DNA of 63,999 nt, the filler included, from Porpidia crustulata (lineage: Eukaryota), in assembly GCA_964255105.1 (NCBI GenBank). It is 9 parts of 9 records of this genome, joined end to end, with 100 filler letters (N's around TTAATTAATTAA, not from the genome) between each part and the next. Parts side by side here need not be neighbours in the genome. Positions count along the whole stretch, not along the records: positions 7,219 to 14,332 come from CAXUWE010001394.1; positions 14,433 to 21,543 come from CAXUWE010001395.1; positions 21,644 to 28,748 come from CAXUWE010001396.1; 6 more parts are not named here. The stretch is one strand, 5' to 3'. Numbering within the stretch: position 1 is the stretch's first letter; each line of letters opens with the position of its first letter. Below the pieces are notes generated by a model that was not told the DNA's origin, ran no database searches, and worked only from the letters and a program-made list of their open reading frames with translations. This document shows positions 14,043 to 26,612 of the stretch, one piece after another. The position numbers and the translations under genes were made by a program.

Positions 14043-15287
14043 AGATATAGTTCTAGTCACTGGTTTTTAGGGCTTTCTCCGGCGGTTGGCACTCGGCGCT
14101 GGGCTGTACATTGGTAGAGGACATTACCCTGACGAGGGTGTTGATGGCAGAAACGCTATCATATGTATCGAGTTTCCCATACGTCGCACAAAGCACCTAT
14201 TTATCACAACACCCAAAGACGTAAAATACCTTTCAACTCTAAATAGATCCCACCCTAGATACACACATCTACAAGCGTACGTAATATAATCATTGTCACA
14301 TCCAACGCAATTCTTCACACCCACCGCAAGATNNNNNNNNNNNNNNNNNNNNNNNNNNNNNNNNNNNNNNNNNNNNTTAATTAATTAANNNNNNNNNNNN
14401 NNNNNNNNNNNNNNNNNNNNNNNNNNNNNNNNGGGTTTGTTTTCTTTGTGGGTGCCGGGGCGGAATGCGTGATGGAGAGTGTGGGGGAGGGGTTTGTGAC
14501 GTTCAAGGCTTTTTGCGAGCTGGGGGCTCCGGAAAATGGGGAGTGAGTGCGTTTGGTCAAGGGTGTAGGGAATCGGGGTTTCTAGCAATGAGTGATGCAG
14601 TTACTCTACGAGAGACGAGAAAAAGCTACTTGATGAGATAGAAAGAGACCTTGGCGTACGTATTTGCAAAACAAAAATAGAGACTAGGTTTAGAATAGCA
14701 CTACATGCTTTGACTACCTTATGGCTTCCACACTCCGGTATTCTCCACTCGCTACGAACAGAGCCACGCTGAGAACCTAAGCAGATTGCCAAAGATGCGG
14801 GTTTTGTACAAGCTCACTGATAATAAAGCGGGGGTAGATAGTCTCGAGTAGTGGGGAGAGTAGGACTCCGTAAGTAATCCAGTATGAAAATCCAGATCCT
14901 CAGCATTGATCTTCCGTATCCACTATCAGTGACGAAAAGTATCTCCTGTCTCCGGACCACCTCTTACTCGAAAGGCCACATTTCTGTATCGTAGATAGAC
15001 GTATCAGTAGATAATGGTATTTTACCGTGCAACCCGTTTTGGATATCTACTCTACGATACCGATCCGCATTTGCATTCTTCGCCTCTGCTTCTTCTTCTT
15101 CTTCTTCTCCCCAGCCCGGGATCAAATCATCCAGCACCGCATACCCGTTGCGACCCTGGACGTACGGGGAAAAAACTATGGTCGAGACATCGCGCGCGGT
15201 GCTGCTAGATGGTGGCTCGCGACGCTTGTGGTGTTGGATGGGATGGTGGCGATTGGGAGCGGAGCGATGATGGAGCATTCTCACCTG

Positions 15288-17107
15288 TTATAGCCTACAC
15301 CCGCCCTTGTGCCTCAGGCACCATTCCATTTGCACAACCCCAGCGCCAACACCTTTCATCACAAGCCTCTCCCTCATGTCAGCCAACCTCCTCGTCGTGC
15401 TCTCATCGGGCTTTTTCCCAGGGCCACTCCACATCACCTCTGCTGCCGCTGCTAGCCTTGGCCACAGCATGCCATCAAGATTGACACTATCCGTAAGCTC
15501 GCCCCATAGATGAGCTTCTCCTCCCATAAGCAGGTGTCTTTGGCTTTGGGGTACATCGGCCACTGGATCATACGCATACATGTGTCGCCAATTCTTGTAC
15601 GGACTGCAGTAATCCAGGTAGGGTGGTCTGATTGGGCTGTCTGGGTTCGACAGCTCCGGGTCTACGAAACTACCGTGGCCACAGTCAAGGTACCAATGAG
15701 CATTTGAGCCAAAGAGGGTTTTGTAACCTTTGTTTAGAATCGAACCGAGGGCGTTATCGTCACCGCCCCGCCATGTTTGGATGATGACATTTCGCGGCAG
15801 GGTGAGATTCCAGTCTAGCACCATTTCCTCCCACATGATTACTGTAAGGGAATATGCTGTTGCGATAGAAATGACATGATCGATGAAGGCCTGGACTAGC
15901 GGTTGGAGGACTTGATGGGAGGAGGATTTGACCGTTGGATCTAAGAGGTAGGCGTTCATGTTCAGTTCGTCGCCGCCAAGATGGAACAGGGAGCTGTGGC
16001 GCGATGTACGAGAAAGTAGATCGTTAAGGAGGCTCTCGATGAACGGCGGGACCTCGGAGGAGTTGAGTCGGAGTTGGCCAGACGGCGGTTCCAGGGCGTA
16101 CTCTGGCCATGGCACGTCTTTAGCGGTGACGAGGTGTGGGTAAGCGTTGCCGATGGACGTAGTGTGACCGGGAAGATCTATCTCGATGAAAACTTGTACA
16201 CCGTAATTTGTGCCATGGAGCTGGACAGCCTCCATATCTTCAGTGCGCCAGATTTGAGTGTGACTGTATGCACCTTTTATGGCCAGATCAGGGAGAGCGG
16301 GTATCTCAAGAGGCCATGATTGAGCATCTGATGCGTGTATGTGGAGTCGATTGAGCTTATTGGCTGCCATGGCTTCAATTGTGCGCATCACATCTGCAGG
16401 AGAGATCCAGTTGCGAGCGATGTCTAAGTTGAGGCCGCGGTGTTTGAACGTCGGACTGTCTTTGATCGAGACAGGAGCATATGGCGTATAGGAGCCAGAA
16501 GAGGGTGAGGAATGAGCAAAGAATAGCTGAGCAAACGTCTCAAGTGCGTGTAGTCCACCAAGTGGGGAAGCAATTTTGATCAGTGCGCCGCCGTCCTCAG
16601 AGACCTCAATCGTGTATGCCTCGGCCGTGTCCTGGCGCTCGGTATATCCGAGATCATTTCGCGAGTCTTCTTCAATGACAAGCCGCTCAATGTATCGCTT
16701 CGCGTCATCCGTGGCAGGCTCGAAGTGTGCGCCTCTTGGATAAAACTTCCGAGGCACGAAGCCTCGATCCAGAACATTGTGCTTCATTCTCTCGAACGCC
16801 GACTGCAGTAGTTTTTCTGACGAAACCCGACCATCTGTTGACGAGGTGCCATCATGGGGAAAGCTGCAATGATCGCGTCAGTGCAGACGCGATGGAAAGA
16901 GTACTATGAGGATCGTCACGGAATCAACTGTTGCACAGCAGTCCAAAGCCTACCGACAGGTCGAAACGAGGCCGCACGAGACATGTGGGTGAGCTGAATA
17001 TTGGCCGAGAGCCACAAAGTTGACGAGCCTTGCTCGACCTGCCTGGGTTGAGGCCACAACGCAAGCGAGGAGCCGACGAGAGCGTAATGCCACAGTAAGA
17101 AACGCAT
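15288..17107 (-). CDS. Secreted beta-N-acetylhexosaminidase, GH20
   Basis: Signal peptide MRFLLWHYALVGSSLA-LWPQP and one intron (~16851-16919). GH20 motifs HRGLNLDIAR, EIDLPGH, catalytic FHLGGDE, YLDCG and LWPRLAA. Confidence 0.93.
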
Positions 17108-17623
17108 GGTGGCTAGGGATTGAATAGGCTGAACATTCGTGATGCTCATACCATGCCTCAACCATGACCCAGAGAAGCGCTACGGAGGAATAGCCGAGTA
17201 TAGTGCGCGCATAGCGCGCGTATGGTGCCCGTAGATCCTTACGTTTCAGCCTTTTACATAGGGCGCGCAGAGGTCTAGGACCTCACGCTATTCGGTGACC
17301 TACCCGCTATTAGCAGCGATCGGCTTCGATATCGTTAGTTAGCCTATGAAAGGATTACTCGACATATGAATGTTATAACAGAGTTGGAAGGGGAAGAGTT
17401 CGGGTGGTGCAGGTAAATCTCGGAAATTCACGAGAGTAGGATGTACTCTAGGGGGTGATGATCAGCATGAATTATTTGGCCCTCCACAGCCACCAAACCC
17501 GCGCGCCTGCCCTGCCCCCCTCATGAATAGTCCTACGGGTTTCAATCTGGGCGCTTTGCAATGCCCGATCCCTTCGTTGACAGCATGGGAAACTGAAGCA
17601 ACTCCAAAGGTAAAGTCTCCAAC

Positions 17624-20600
17624 ATGGAGCCGCTTAGTATCATAGCCAGCCTTCTCGGCGTGATCGACGCAGCCTTGCGAACGACCTCTGCTCTGGCCAA
17701 GTACGCATGAGACACCAAGAATGCATCTTCCGATAGACAAATGCTGGCCGAAGAGACCCTCTTCTTGTCGAAGCTTTTACAGCGACTTCGACACCGTGCG
17801 CAAACGGCGGAGCACGACGAGACCTGGCTCGCTGACCACAAGGATATCGTGAGACAACTTGAGGCTGCTTACGATGACCTCGCCATGACGCTCAAATTGA
17901 ACGCTGTTACCGGCAAAATCAAAGAGGAAAGTAATCCGAGAGCCATTCGTACGATGGCCAAATGGTCTTTTTCCAAGTCAGAAGTCTACTCTCTTGTCAA
18001 GCGTATTACTCGGTTGCAGCAGCATGCCAATGTACTGCTTGTAGACGATTAGCAGTCAGTTTTCCAATCGTTCCACTGCCTTATTCTTGTCGTGCTGACC
18101 CTTGGACGTCTGCTGCAGCACGCTTCTTGATCGGATCGACCAGAAGCAACAGGAAGGTAATCTCATCAGAAAGCATGTCTAATTTCTGGACATGACTCAT
18201 GCCGTGTTCTCTAGCGCTGGATCTAAAATTGCGGACGTCTGTGTTAAGCTGGCTATCTCCTCTACCAATGTCACAAACTCACCAAACATTTTCAGATCAG
18301 GCGGAGAAGGGCTCTGGGAAATGGTTCCTCACGGATCCAGCGTTCAAAAAATGGAAAGACAAAGGTGGAACACGACTGTGGTGCTAGGGAATACGTAAGC
18401 TTCTCATGTCGTAATGTACACTTCGCTGATCGAAGGGTAACAGCTGGAGCGGGGGAAACGGTCATGGCGTAAGATTGATGATAGCCAATGATCTATTTGA
18501 TTACTGATCTGAGAAGGTCTGTTATCATAAATCATCTTCGTCAAAGTCGGCCTGAAGAGTCGAAAGGCCGCATCGGCACCACGTTTATCTATCTCAAGTA
18601 TAACGAAACGGACCAGACATTTGACAACATTCTCTCAAGTCTGCTCAAGCAGTTACTACAGGACCCAGAAGATACTCCTCCCAATCTACTAAGCCTTTAC
18701 GAGCGCCATCGAGATCGAAATACTTCGCCTACAATCGATGAGATATCTCAGGCTCTATCTACAATGATCGAAAGCCACGAGGAGGTCTTCTGCATCATCG
18801 ATGCTCTGGATGAGTGCAATGAGGGCCTTCGATTGGAGCTAGTCGAGAAACTGGAGATTTTAGGGCCAAAGCTTCGCGTACTGATAACGTCTCGTTATCT
18901 CGACAGTATTGCCGAAGAGCTAGAAGTTTACCAGCGATTCGAAATCAGAGCCAACAAAGCAGACATTGAGCATTTCATTGAGCATTAAATTCGCAGGAAC
19001 AGGAATCTGCGAAAGATCGTAGAAAAGAGTCCTTCTCTGCGTGACGATATCAAACTAGGAGTTTCCAATACGGCTGAGAACATGTAGGTCACCGCTTCAT
19101 CTCACAATCCATGCTATGCCAATCCAATTGTAGGTTCTTGCTTGCTTGCCTTCACGTTGAGTCACTGGCTAGCGCGGCTGGTCTTTCTGTCAAACATGTT
19201 CGGAACAAACTCAGGACTCTCCCCACCACCCTGAAAGGTACCTATGATGATGCTATGGAGAGAATTGAGAATCAGGAGCCAGACCATAGACGTATCGCAC
19301 TCAAAGCCATGGCATAGGTGTGCTACGCGTTCCGAGCTTTGTCATTGAAAGAGCTTCAACATGCGCTCGCAGTCAAACCAGCCGATACGGTGTTGGATGA
19401 ATATTTGGTGATGGATGGGCAAAGTATCACGTCTCTGTGTGCTGGCCTTGTCGTCGTGGATCAGCGGACGAATTTTATGAACTTGGTACATTACAGCACA
19501 AAGAGCTATTTTGATGACATTCGACATATTAGATTCCCCGAATTCCACGCGAAAATTACACTTGTCTGCGCAACATATCTTACTCTGGATTCTCTGAAAG
19601 GGGCAAAAGTCCGGGAAATGGTTCAAGACTATCCCTTAGCGTGCTATGCGGCGCAATTCATGGTTGATCATGCACGCAACAGCCCCGAAGAATCCTTGGA
19701 GCCTTCCATCCTGGACATGATTTACAATCTTCTATCCCATCCAGATAAGCAAAAACCACTTTTATCTCTACTAGATGGTTTAGATCTCATACAGGCCGGG
19801 TTTTACTCAAAGGGCAAACCATTGACAAGAGAAAATATGGAAGCTTTGATGAATGCGTTCGTCGAGTCAGAGATGCCTACCCTATTCGCTAGTGTGCTGG
19901 AAATCGAGCATTTAGATACCTCATCCACCATAAGTTCGCGAACCACCACAGGAAGTGATACCGACACTTTGACCGGCGATCAAGCTAAGGATGAAGAGGT
20001 TTGGGAGACTAAGATTAAAACCAGCAGGATTCCCGAAGTCACGGCTCTTCATTTAGCCGCTTCAATGGGGCTTGCAAAGATAGCGTCTTTGCTATTAAAA
20101 GAGACTACGAATATCGACGCGGTTGATGAAACTGGGAAGACGGCTCTCGCATTGGCTCTCGAACGAGGTTTCGAAAAAGCTGTTGAGTTCCTCCTCAATA
20201 GCGGTGCGTGCGTTGATTTGCGGCATGAACATGGACGAGGAGTACTCTTACTTATAACAGAACGTGGATGGTACAATGCTGGCAATACCATTGTGAAGAA
20301 GGCTGGACGCTGGTGCCAACCCGAGCACTTGCGGCCAGCAAGGGGTAAGTGAGCTCTATACAGCAGCGAAAGACGGAGACACCGAAATCGTCAAGTATGT
20401 GCTCAAGAGTGGTACCAACCCGTCTATACAGACCCAGTACGGGTGGGCGCCTCTACATTGGGCAGCTTCTTATGGGCATATTGATTGTGTGAAGCTATTA
20501 CTCGAAGCTGGTGCGGAGCCTAATACTGTCTCTGATCAAAGAGTGACGCCACTTGATCTAGCCACCCAGGCGGATCAAAGTATTGTGATTGAAGTTTTAC

Positions 20601-21342
20601 ACAAGGTATGCGCGAAATTGTACCAAGATACTGAAGCTGCTGCTGAGCACAAAGTTAGCGAATTAGAAAAAGACGAGTGGGATTCGATCAGTCCGCCAGG
20701 CCGAGATAACACTGCTGTGACATCTTTAGACGAAGGCAAGCTCGGTCCTGCCACGATTACGATAAGCCTCTCGTAACAACACTGTCAAAGTCTGCTTCCG
20801 TTGGGCGATATGTGTATCCGAGCGGCACTACCGGCGCTGTGAATGAGATCTACGAGGTTTCACATTTCCTCGAAACATCATCCGCCGCAATCAACGTCAG
20901 GCGTTCCAAGACTCGTATTGAAATGTGGGAGTACTCAGGCTCCGAGAGCCATTTCGACGCAGATGACATGTTATATATAGTTGTCAAGATCAAAGCCGAC
21001 TATCAAGAATTCGAGCTGTCCGGTCGCCAGCGAGACCCATTCGCTGGTACCATGACGATGCATAAAGACTGGACGGGCGGCTGGAGAGTACGCCATAATA
21101 TACAAGGCAACTCGAAGCCTTATCTCCTCCGCACAACGCCCGAATGGTCGAAAATTAAGGAACAGGACAGTCGTTGGATGCTGGAGGATGGTGTCTTGCA
21201 GGCCAGGAGCAGATGGAATGATGCCACGCCGTGGATTTGCATTCAGCTAAGTATTGATCGCCAGATGCAGGATTTGATTGTGACTTGCTGGATTGTCAAG
21301 TAATGGGCAGAGACGGCGGCGTTGCAGAGGCGCGATGAATGA
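17624..21342 (+). pseudogene. Decayed NLR-like gene: N-terminal helical domain + NACHT + winged helix + ankyrin repeats + extra C-terminal domain
   Basis: Starts MEPLSIIASLLGVID and retains GSGKWFL, Walker B CIIDALDEC, FLLACLHVESL and ankyrin TALHLAA/APLHWAA. In-frame stops at 17708, 18050, 18385, 18986, 19315 and 21301. Frameshifts near 20300 and 20750. Confidence 0.88.
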
Positions 21343-21643
21343 ATGAGAGGGTGGTTGAACAGGTTGATTCTCTTGATAATGTGTCCATCAATCAATATCC
21401 TCCTCCTAACCCGAGCCCCCATGATGGCCCCAGAAGAACCAGTCCCAGCAGCTCGGCTCCCGAAGCCAAACAGACAGACAGCCAGCCAGCGAGCACGATC
21501 AAATCCCAGCACCCAGAACCCCGTACCAGCTCTTCCCAACCATNNNNNNNNNNNNNNNNNNNNNNNNNNNNNNNNNNNNNNNNNNNNTTAATTAATTAAN
21601 NNNNNNNNNNNNNNNNNNNNNNNNNNNNNNNNNNNNNNNNNNN

Positions 21644-22045
21644 GGGAAGGGGGAGGGAGGCAGAAAGTACCTTCGAGCATTCCCAGGCCGGAGCGGAGAA
21701 TTGGAACGAGGCAGACTTGTGGGGAGATGATTTCGGTTTGATAGGCATAGCCGAGGGGAGTTTCAGCCTATCAAGCATATGTCAGCTTACGTTTAAGCGT
21801 ACATTTTGTGTAAAGCACGGACGAAGCGGCGGTGCGGCGAAGTATAAGAGGCTCACTGTACCGCTTTGAATGGTTTCGAGACCCGTGGCTAGTGCTTCAC
21901 AGCCTACGAGGAGCGCGATCTCGTGAATAAGAGCTTTTGTTTCGCGGGCGTTGCAATCTTTGGAGCGTAGTTGGGAGAGTTTGGCGCGGACGCAGGGGTG
22001 GTTGGAAATGTGGACGTTGATGGGTAGTTGGATGGACGAGGCCAT
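21644..22045 (-). CDS. Uracil phosphoribosyltransferase, 5' part only (contig end)
   Basis: MASSIQLPINVHISNHPCVRAKLSQLRS..TKALIHEIALLVGCEA, followed by an intron donor. This is the typical UPRTase N-terminus. Confidence 0.8.
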
Positions 22046-22368
22046 TTTTGCAGGCTTCGATTGGATAAGGGGCTGGAGCACTGCGGTTGAGATTCAATGT
22101 GCTGGTATCAACTCAGAAGCATACGGGCTTTTTAAATGGTGAGAGGGCTGAATTTTGTTGTAGAGGGCGTGGGCTGGAGGGGCAGGTTGCCCCCCCACCT
22201 CCCATTTCGGTGGGGTCATTGACAGGAGAGCATCTTAAGCTTGACTCGTCATCCCGCCATGAGTGGAACATGATGGAGCGGAGCAAGAACGATGAACTCG
22301 CGCGCCATTACAATGAACTCTCTCCGCGTCCGCCCTTCAATTTATGATAGCTCGGTGCGCTCTGGGAA

Positions 22369-24045
22369 ATGAGTAGCCAGGAGCAGATCGTCGGTGGTTT
22401 GGAACCTACCAGGCTTCAACAAGGACGTGCGGAAGCACACTACGCAAACATCGACGAGCTAGCAGATCCGTCTCTGACCGAATTACCTTTTGAAGGGCGG
22501 AGGCGGAAACACTTGGAAGATCGCCAGCTGCCGTTCAACGACGAGAAACAAGGTCGAGGTCATGAGCCGCAGCAGAAGGATGACTATGGGTTGGTTGAAC
22601 ACGGACAAGCACAGACAACTTATGATATTCCAGACGAATATGCAAACATCGACGAGTTGGCAGATCCGTCCCCGATCGAAGTGCCCTTTGAAGAGGATAA
22701 ACGGGCTTATTTAGAAGACCGTCAGCTCACTTACAATGACGCGCAGCAACGTCAGAAACGTAAGGAGCATCAGAAGAATGACGACAGGACAATAGAAAGA
22801 GGTGTATGCCTCCCCAAGGCCGAAGAGTCGTCAAATCACTCTGATCTAGAGAATGTTCAAAGGGAAAAGAGTCCAGCGCCTAATGGACACGTTTCCAAAT
22901 TTGAAACTCAACTACATACTATCTCTTATTTGATCTTCTTTTCCATACTTGGAACACTCGCCCGCCTCGGCCTACAAGCCTTGACAGTCTATCCCGGAGC
23001 ACCTGTACAGACCGGCGTTTTATGGGCCAACTTTGGTGGCAGCTTGGTCATGGGCTTTCTATCTGAAGATCGTGCTCTTTTCTACCACGAAGATTGGGGC
23101 GTGAAACCTACCTCCCACAAGAAACGTAGTGATGAAGAGCAGGGCAACGTGGATGAAGCACGACCACGTACATTGACTCGCACAGCTTCAGAGATGAAAC
23201 AATATGCGACGCTTAAAAAATCAATACCTTTATACATTGGTCTAGCTACCGGCTTCTGTGGTTCTTTTACTTCGTTCTCATCATTCATTTGTGACGCATT
23301 TCTTGCTCTCTCAGATGCTTTACCAGTTCCAGTCTCCCACACATCATCAACCGCTTTACCCTTGGCGAACCTCTCACGTAATGGAGGCTACAGCTTCATG
23401 GCCACCCTTGCTGTCATCATTCTTACCGTCAATCTCAGCCTAGGTGCTCTCCAGACTGGTGCCCATCTCGCTATTGCTCTTGAACATCTGATTCCTTCCA
23501 TTCCCTATATATTCGCTCGAAGGTTCGTTGACAGGGCTGTGGTTTTTATAGCTTGGATGTCTTGGCTTGGTGCTATTTTCATGGCCGCGTGGCCACCAGA
23601 TCGACCCGGTGGTCCTGTTGGTCACCCGAATTGGACTCAGGAAAAGTGGAGAGGTGATGTGATTTTTGCTTTAGTCTTTGCACCTTTGGGGTGCTTGCTC
23701 CGATTCTATGCATCATTGCACCTCAACGGGAGGCTCAAATCCTTTCCCTTGGGAACTTTTGCAGTGAATATACTTGGCACTGCATTGGAGGGTATCTTTT
23801 ATGACCTACAACATATCCCGCTAAGTGGAAGAGTTGGATGTCAAGTACTGCAAGGAGCCATGGATGGGTTTTGTGGGTGCTTGACAACGGTCAGTACTTG
23901 GGCGTCAGAACTCAAGGGATTGAGGCTGAGGCATTCATATCTGTATGGGGTCGCAAGTTTAGGGGTCGGTTTGGGGCTGCTGGTGGTCGTAATGGGAAGT
24001 TTGCAATGGACACATGGGTTCAAGAACCCTACTTGTGGGAGCTAA
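22369..24045 (+). CDS. FEX1: Fluoride export protein (two CrcB/Fluc domains)
   Basis: 558-aa ORF with ILGTLARLGL, ANFGGSLVMG, GLATGFCGSFTSFSSF, GCLLRF, PLGTFAVN and DGFCGCLTTVSTW. Confidence 0.92.
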   Translation: MSSQEQIVGGLEPTRLQQGRAEAHYANIDELADPSLTELPFEGRRRKHLEDRQLPFNDEKQGRGHEPQQKDDYGLVEHGQAQTTYDIPDEYANIDELADPSPIEVPFEEDKRAYLEDRQLTYNDAQQRQKRKEHQKNDDRTIERGVCLPKAEESSNHSDLENVQREKSPAPNGHVSKFETQLHTISYLIFFSILGTLARLGLQALTVYPGAPVQTGVLWANFGGSLVMGFLSEDRALFYHEDWGVKPTSHKKRSDEEQGNVDEARPRTLTRTASEMKQYATLKKSIPLYIGLATGFCGSFTSFSSFICDAFLALSDALPVPVSHTSSTALPLANLSRNGGYSFMATLAVIILTVNLSLGALQTGAHLAIALEHLIPSIPYIFARRFVDRAVVFIAWMSWLGAIFMAAWPPDRPGGPVGHPNWTQEKWRGDVIFALVFAPLGCLLRFYASLHLNGRLKSFPLGTFAVNILGTALEGIFYDLQHIPLSGRVGCQVLQGAMDGFCGCLTTVSTWASELKGLRLRHSYLYGVASLGVGLGLLVVVMGSLQWTHGFKNPTCGS

Positions 24046-25387
24046 AACTGTCATCTGCAGTACTCTCCATTGGACCTCCGATCTTTGCTACGAATTTTCA
24101 AGCAGAGACATGAAGCTGGTCTACCCAATAAGGTTGAGATCAAAGTTCCGAGATCACTTGAATGCTGCCCTCAACTTGGCCCAAGATGCAGACGAAGCTT
24201 TGAAAGAATACATCAACCGTTCGAATTGGAATTCTACAAACTAGATGTTGTTCAAATTCAGTGTGCAGATATGCCAATGGTTGGAAATGTACCATCAGAT
24301 AGAAAGCGGAGTTGAGATCCACAATAACACCTTCTCGCACTCAACCGACTAGAATGCCTGTCAACTTGGCAAAAGACTCGAATCAAAAGGAATGAGACGA
24401 GCGTTGTTCCGACTGAATCCCAATATTTTCCATCGATGGCGCATCTTCATTACAACACAGACGATAATTTGCAAAATTTTCCTCGGTTCTTGTAACGACA
24501 AGTGAAGATACAAGCGCAAAGAAGGGAACAGACACACTTCGAATTAGGGGAAATGAAGAGTGTAGGGGTATATTGCGTTTGGGAGAACTCGACAAATTCG
24601 ATTCCGAGCCACAGCACCCAGATCGAAATTCCACGATTCGCCATTTCCCATCTTCGAGTCACCATTCGCAGTCGCATCCAAATCGTCTTCACCTCATGAC
24701 CCATCACGCAATAGTCGAGTTTCTTTGCAGAATCGTACCGCTTCATACTCATGTACCAATCGCTTGGACGCGCTCTGCCTTGTGCATCTGTTCTTCCGGT
24801 GTCATGAGTTTAACAGCAGTCGTTCGTTTGCAGGCGATGCTGCCGATGATTCCCTGCTCTTGCATGCAGCCCTCCACACCCTATGGTTCTTCGGTTGAGT
24901 TTCAAATATGCAAACAACTGCAGCGCCGCTACAGAATGTCTGTTATTGCGGCATTAATCTATGCTTCATTGAAAGGTTTTCAAATCAGAGGCTTATACAA
25001 GGCCAAGCCCTACATTATTGTCAATGTTCTCAAGCCTGATTGGACTTGGCAATAAGAACACTCACTTGAAGCTCCTTGTCACTCGGCACATTGAGATTTG
25101 AGCATCATTTCTTTTCCACGCCCGCCATCAATCGATGATCAGGAAAATTGACCCAACAATTCACGTAAATCTAATATTGCTACCAAGAGTTATGTAGCCC
25201 GTAGAACTGAGTCGCTGTGTTTCTGTGGTCTACAATTCGGATCAGTTGCTATCAAGAAGGATTCACATTTATTCGCTGTGCGGATGATTCCTTCTTGTGG
25301 ATTTAAAAATAGATTTTCACCGGATCCTACGGCGTACAATTTGATTCATAATTTAAGGACCTGCTTTGTCAACTGATCGCCACGGAG

Positions 25388-25651
25388 CACAGGGGGTGCC
25401 ATAAGTCAGTGGGTCAGCCCTACCATTGTATCTCCAGTCCCATCAAAACATCGAATTCGAATGAGATCAAATTAGCAAGAAGAAAATACGGACACGCATT
25501 CAAGAATGCTCTGACAGTGCGTTCGACTAATAGAATTCGATGATAAGCTCATTATATCAGATTTATGATGATAGCTTCATGTAAATAGCTATTCAATGTT
25601 TTGGTGAGGCCTGGGTAGGGCTGACTCCACTGACTTATGACACCCCCTGTG
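25388..25651. mobile_element. Non-autonomous DNA transposon (MITE), 264 bp
   Basis: TIRs CACAGGGGGTGCCATAAGTCAGTGGGTCAGCCCTACC (25388-25424) and GGTAGGGCTGACTCCACTGACTTATGACACCCCCTGTG (25614-25651) differ by 1 substitution and 1 indel. GAG flanks both sides. AT-rich non-coding interior. Confidence 0.8.
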
Positions 25652-26612
25652 GAGGTCTGTAAAGAGCCAGAGGGCGTCCCTGAATTCCTCAAAAAACCGG
25701 GTCAGTGATCCTCCTGGTTCATATGATCTGATGATCTCAGTCTTATATTTAGTAGCGCCGCCGAAATCCAGGGAAAATGCTGCGGATGACGAAGCTTCGC
25801 CAACAAATTTCCCATATTCTCGTTAAAATACCTCAAATGAAACACATAACTCAGCAGCAACTGATGGGACGAGGTTGGGAGAATCCCACAAACTCGATTC
25901 GAGCACCTCTCAAACACTACCGCTTCTTCGGCGGTTGTGAGGTTACACACGAGGTTATGCATATCTTGCATAATGCACGGGATCTTAGCCGTTACTATGC
26001 TGAAAAGTCGCGTGGACGAGCACAGGTCGCAATTTGCTCCAAAGTGAGGGATATGACAGGTCGCTTGAAAAATTGGATAATTAATACTCCTTAGCTCACC
26101 CAATCAAACGAAATTTCGTGCTTCAACGCCTGTCAAAGATGTGGAGAACGGCTGATATGAGGGGAAGACGAAGGCTGCTTGCTAGGATTATCTCATCTAG
26201 AAGGCTCAAGAAGCGAAATATCCTGATGAAAGCCCCTGAAGGAACCAGGATTGTTGAATGTGTTGGTATCTTAGCATACAAATAGTACAATTCATGCGTA
26301 ATAGTACGGTATTATTACAGCGATAGTGGTGCACAGCGTAGCAGCCAGTATGAAAGTGGTATGGCAACCGGCGCTAATATAAGATTACCAGCCGAGGAGC
26401 CATTCAACTCTCATCACTGGGCTACGGAGTCAAAGTAGGAGGTCGGACTTAGAGTAATCCGTACCAACTACCAAGGGAACTTGATTGCAACTTGTTTGCG
26501 CTTCCTTGGACCACTCATTCACTCCTTCACTCCTTCAACTTCCTCTTCTCCCTTTCTTCTTCTTCGTTCCTTCTCTTCTCCCACATGGAGTGATACTTTG
26601 ACATCTGTCAAT

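Noticed and set aside
14964..15293. 106-aa ORF directly after the hexosaminidase stop
   Set aside because: No recognisable domain. The poly-Glu comes from a (GAA)n microsatellite, and it is probably 3' UTR.
21644..24045. Divergent UPRTase and FEX as a functional fluoro-compound module
   Set aside because: Short divergent spacing is common here (VMA6/NOP58, PRO1/ATP23, IPL1/TIP41), and no mechanistic link is supported.
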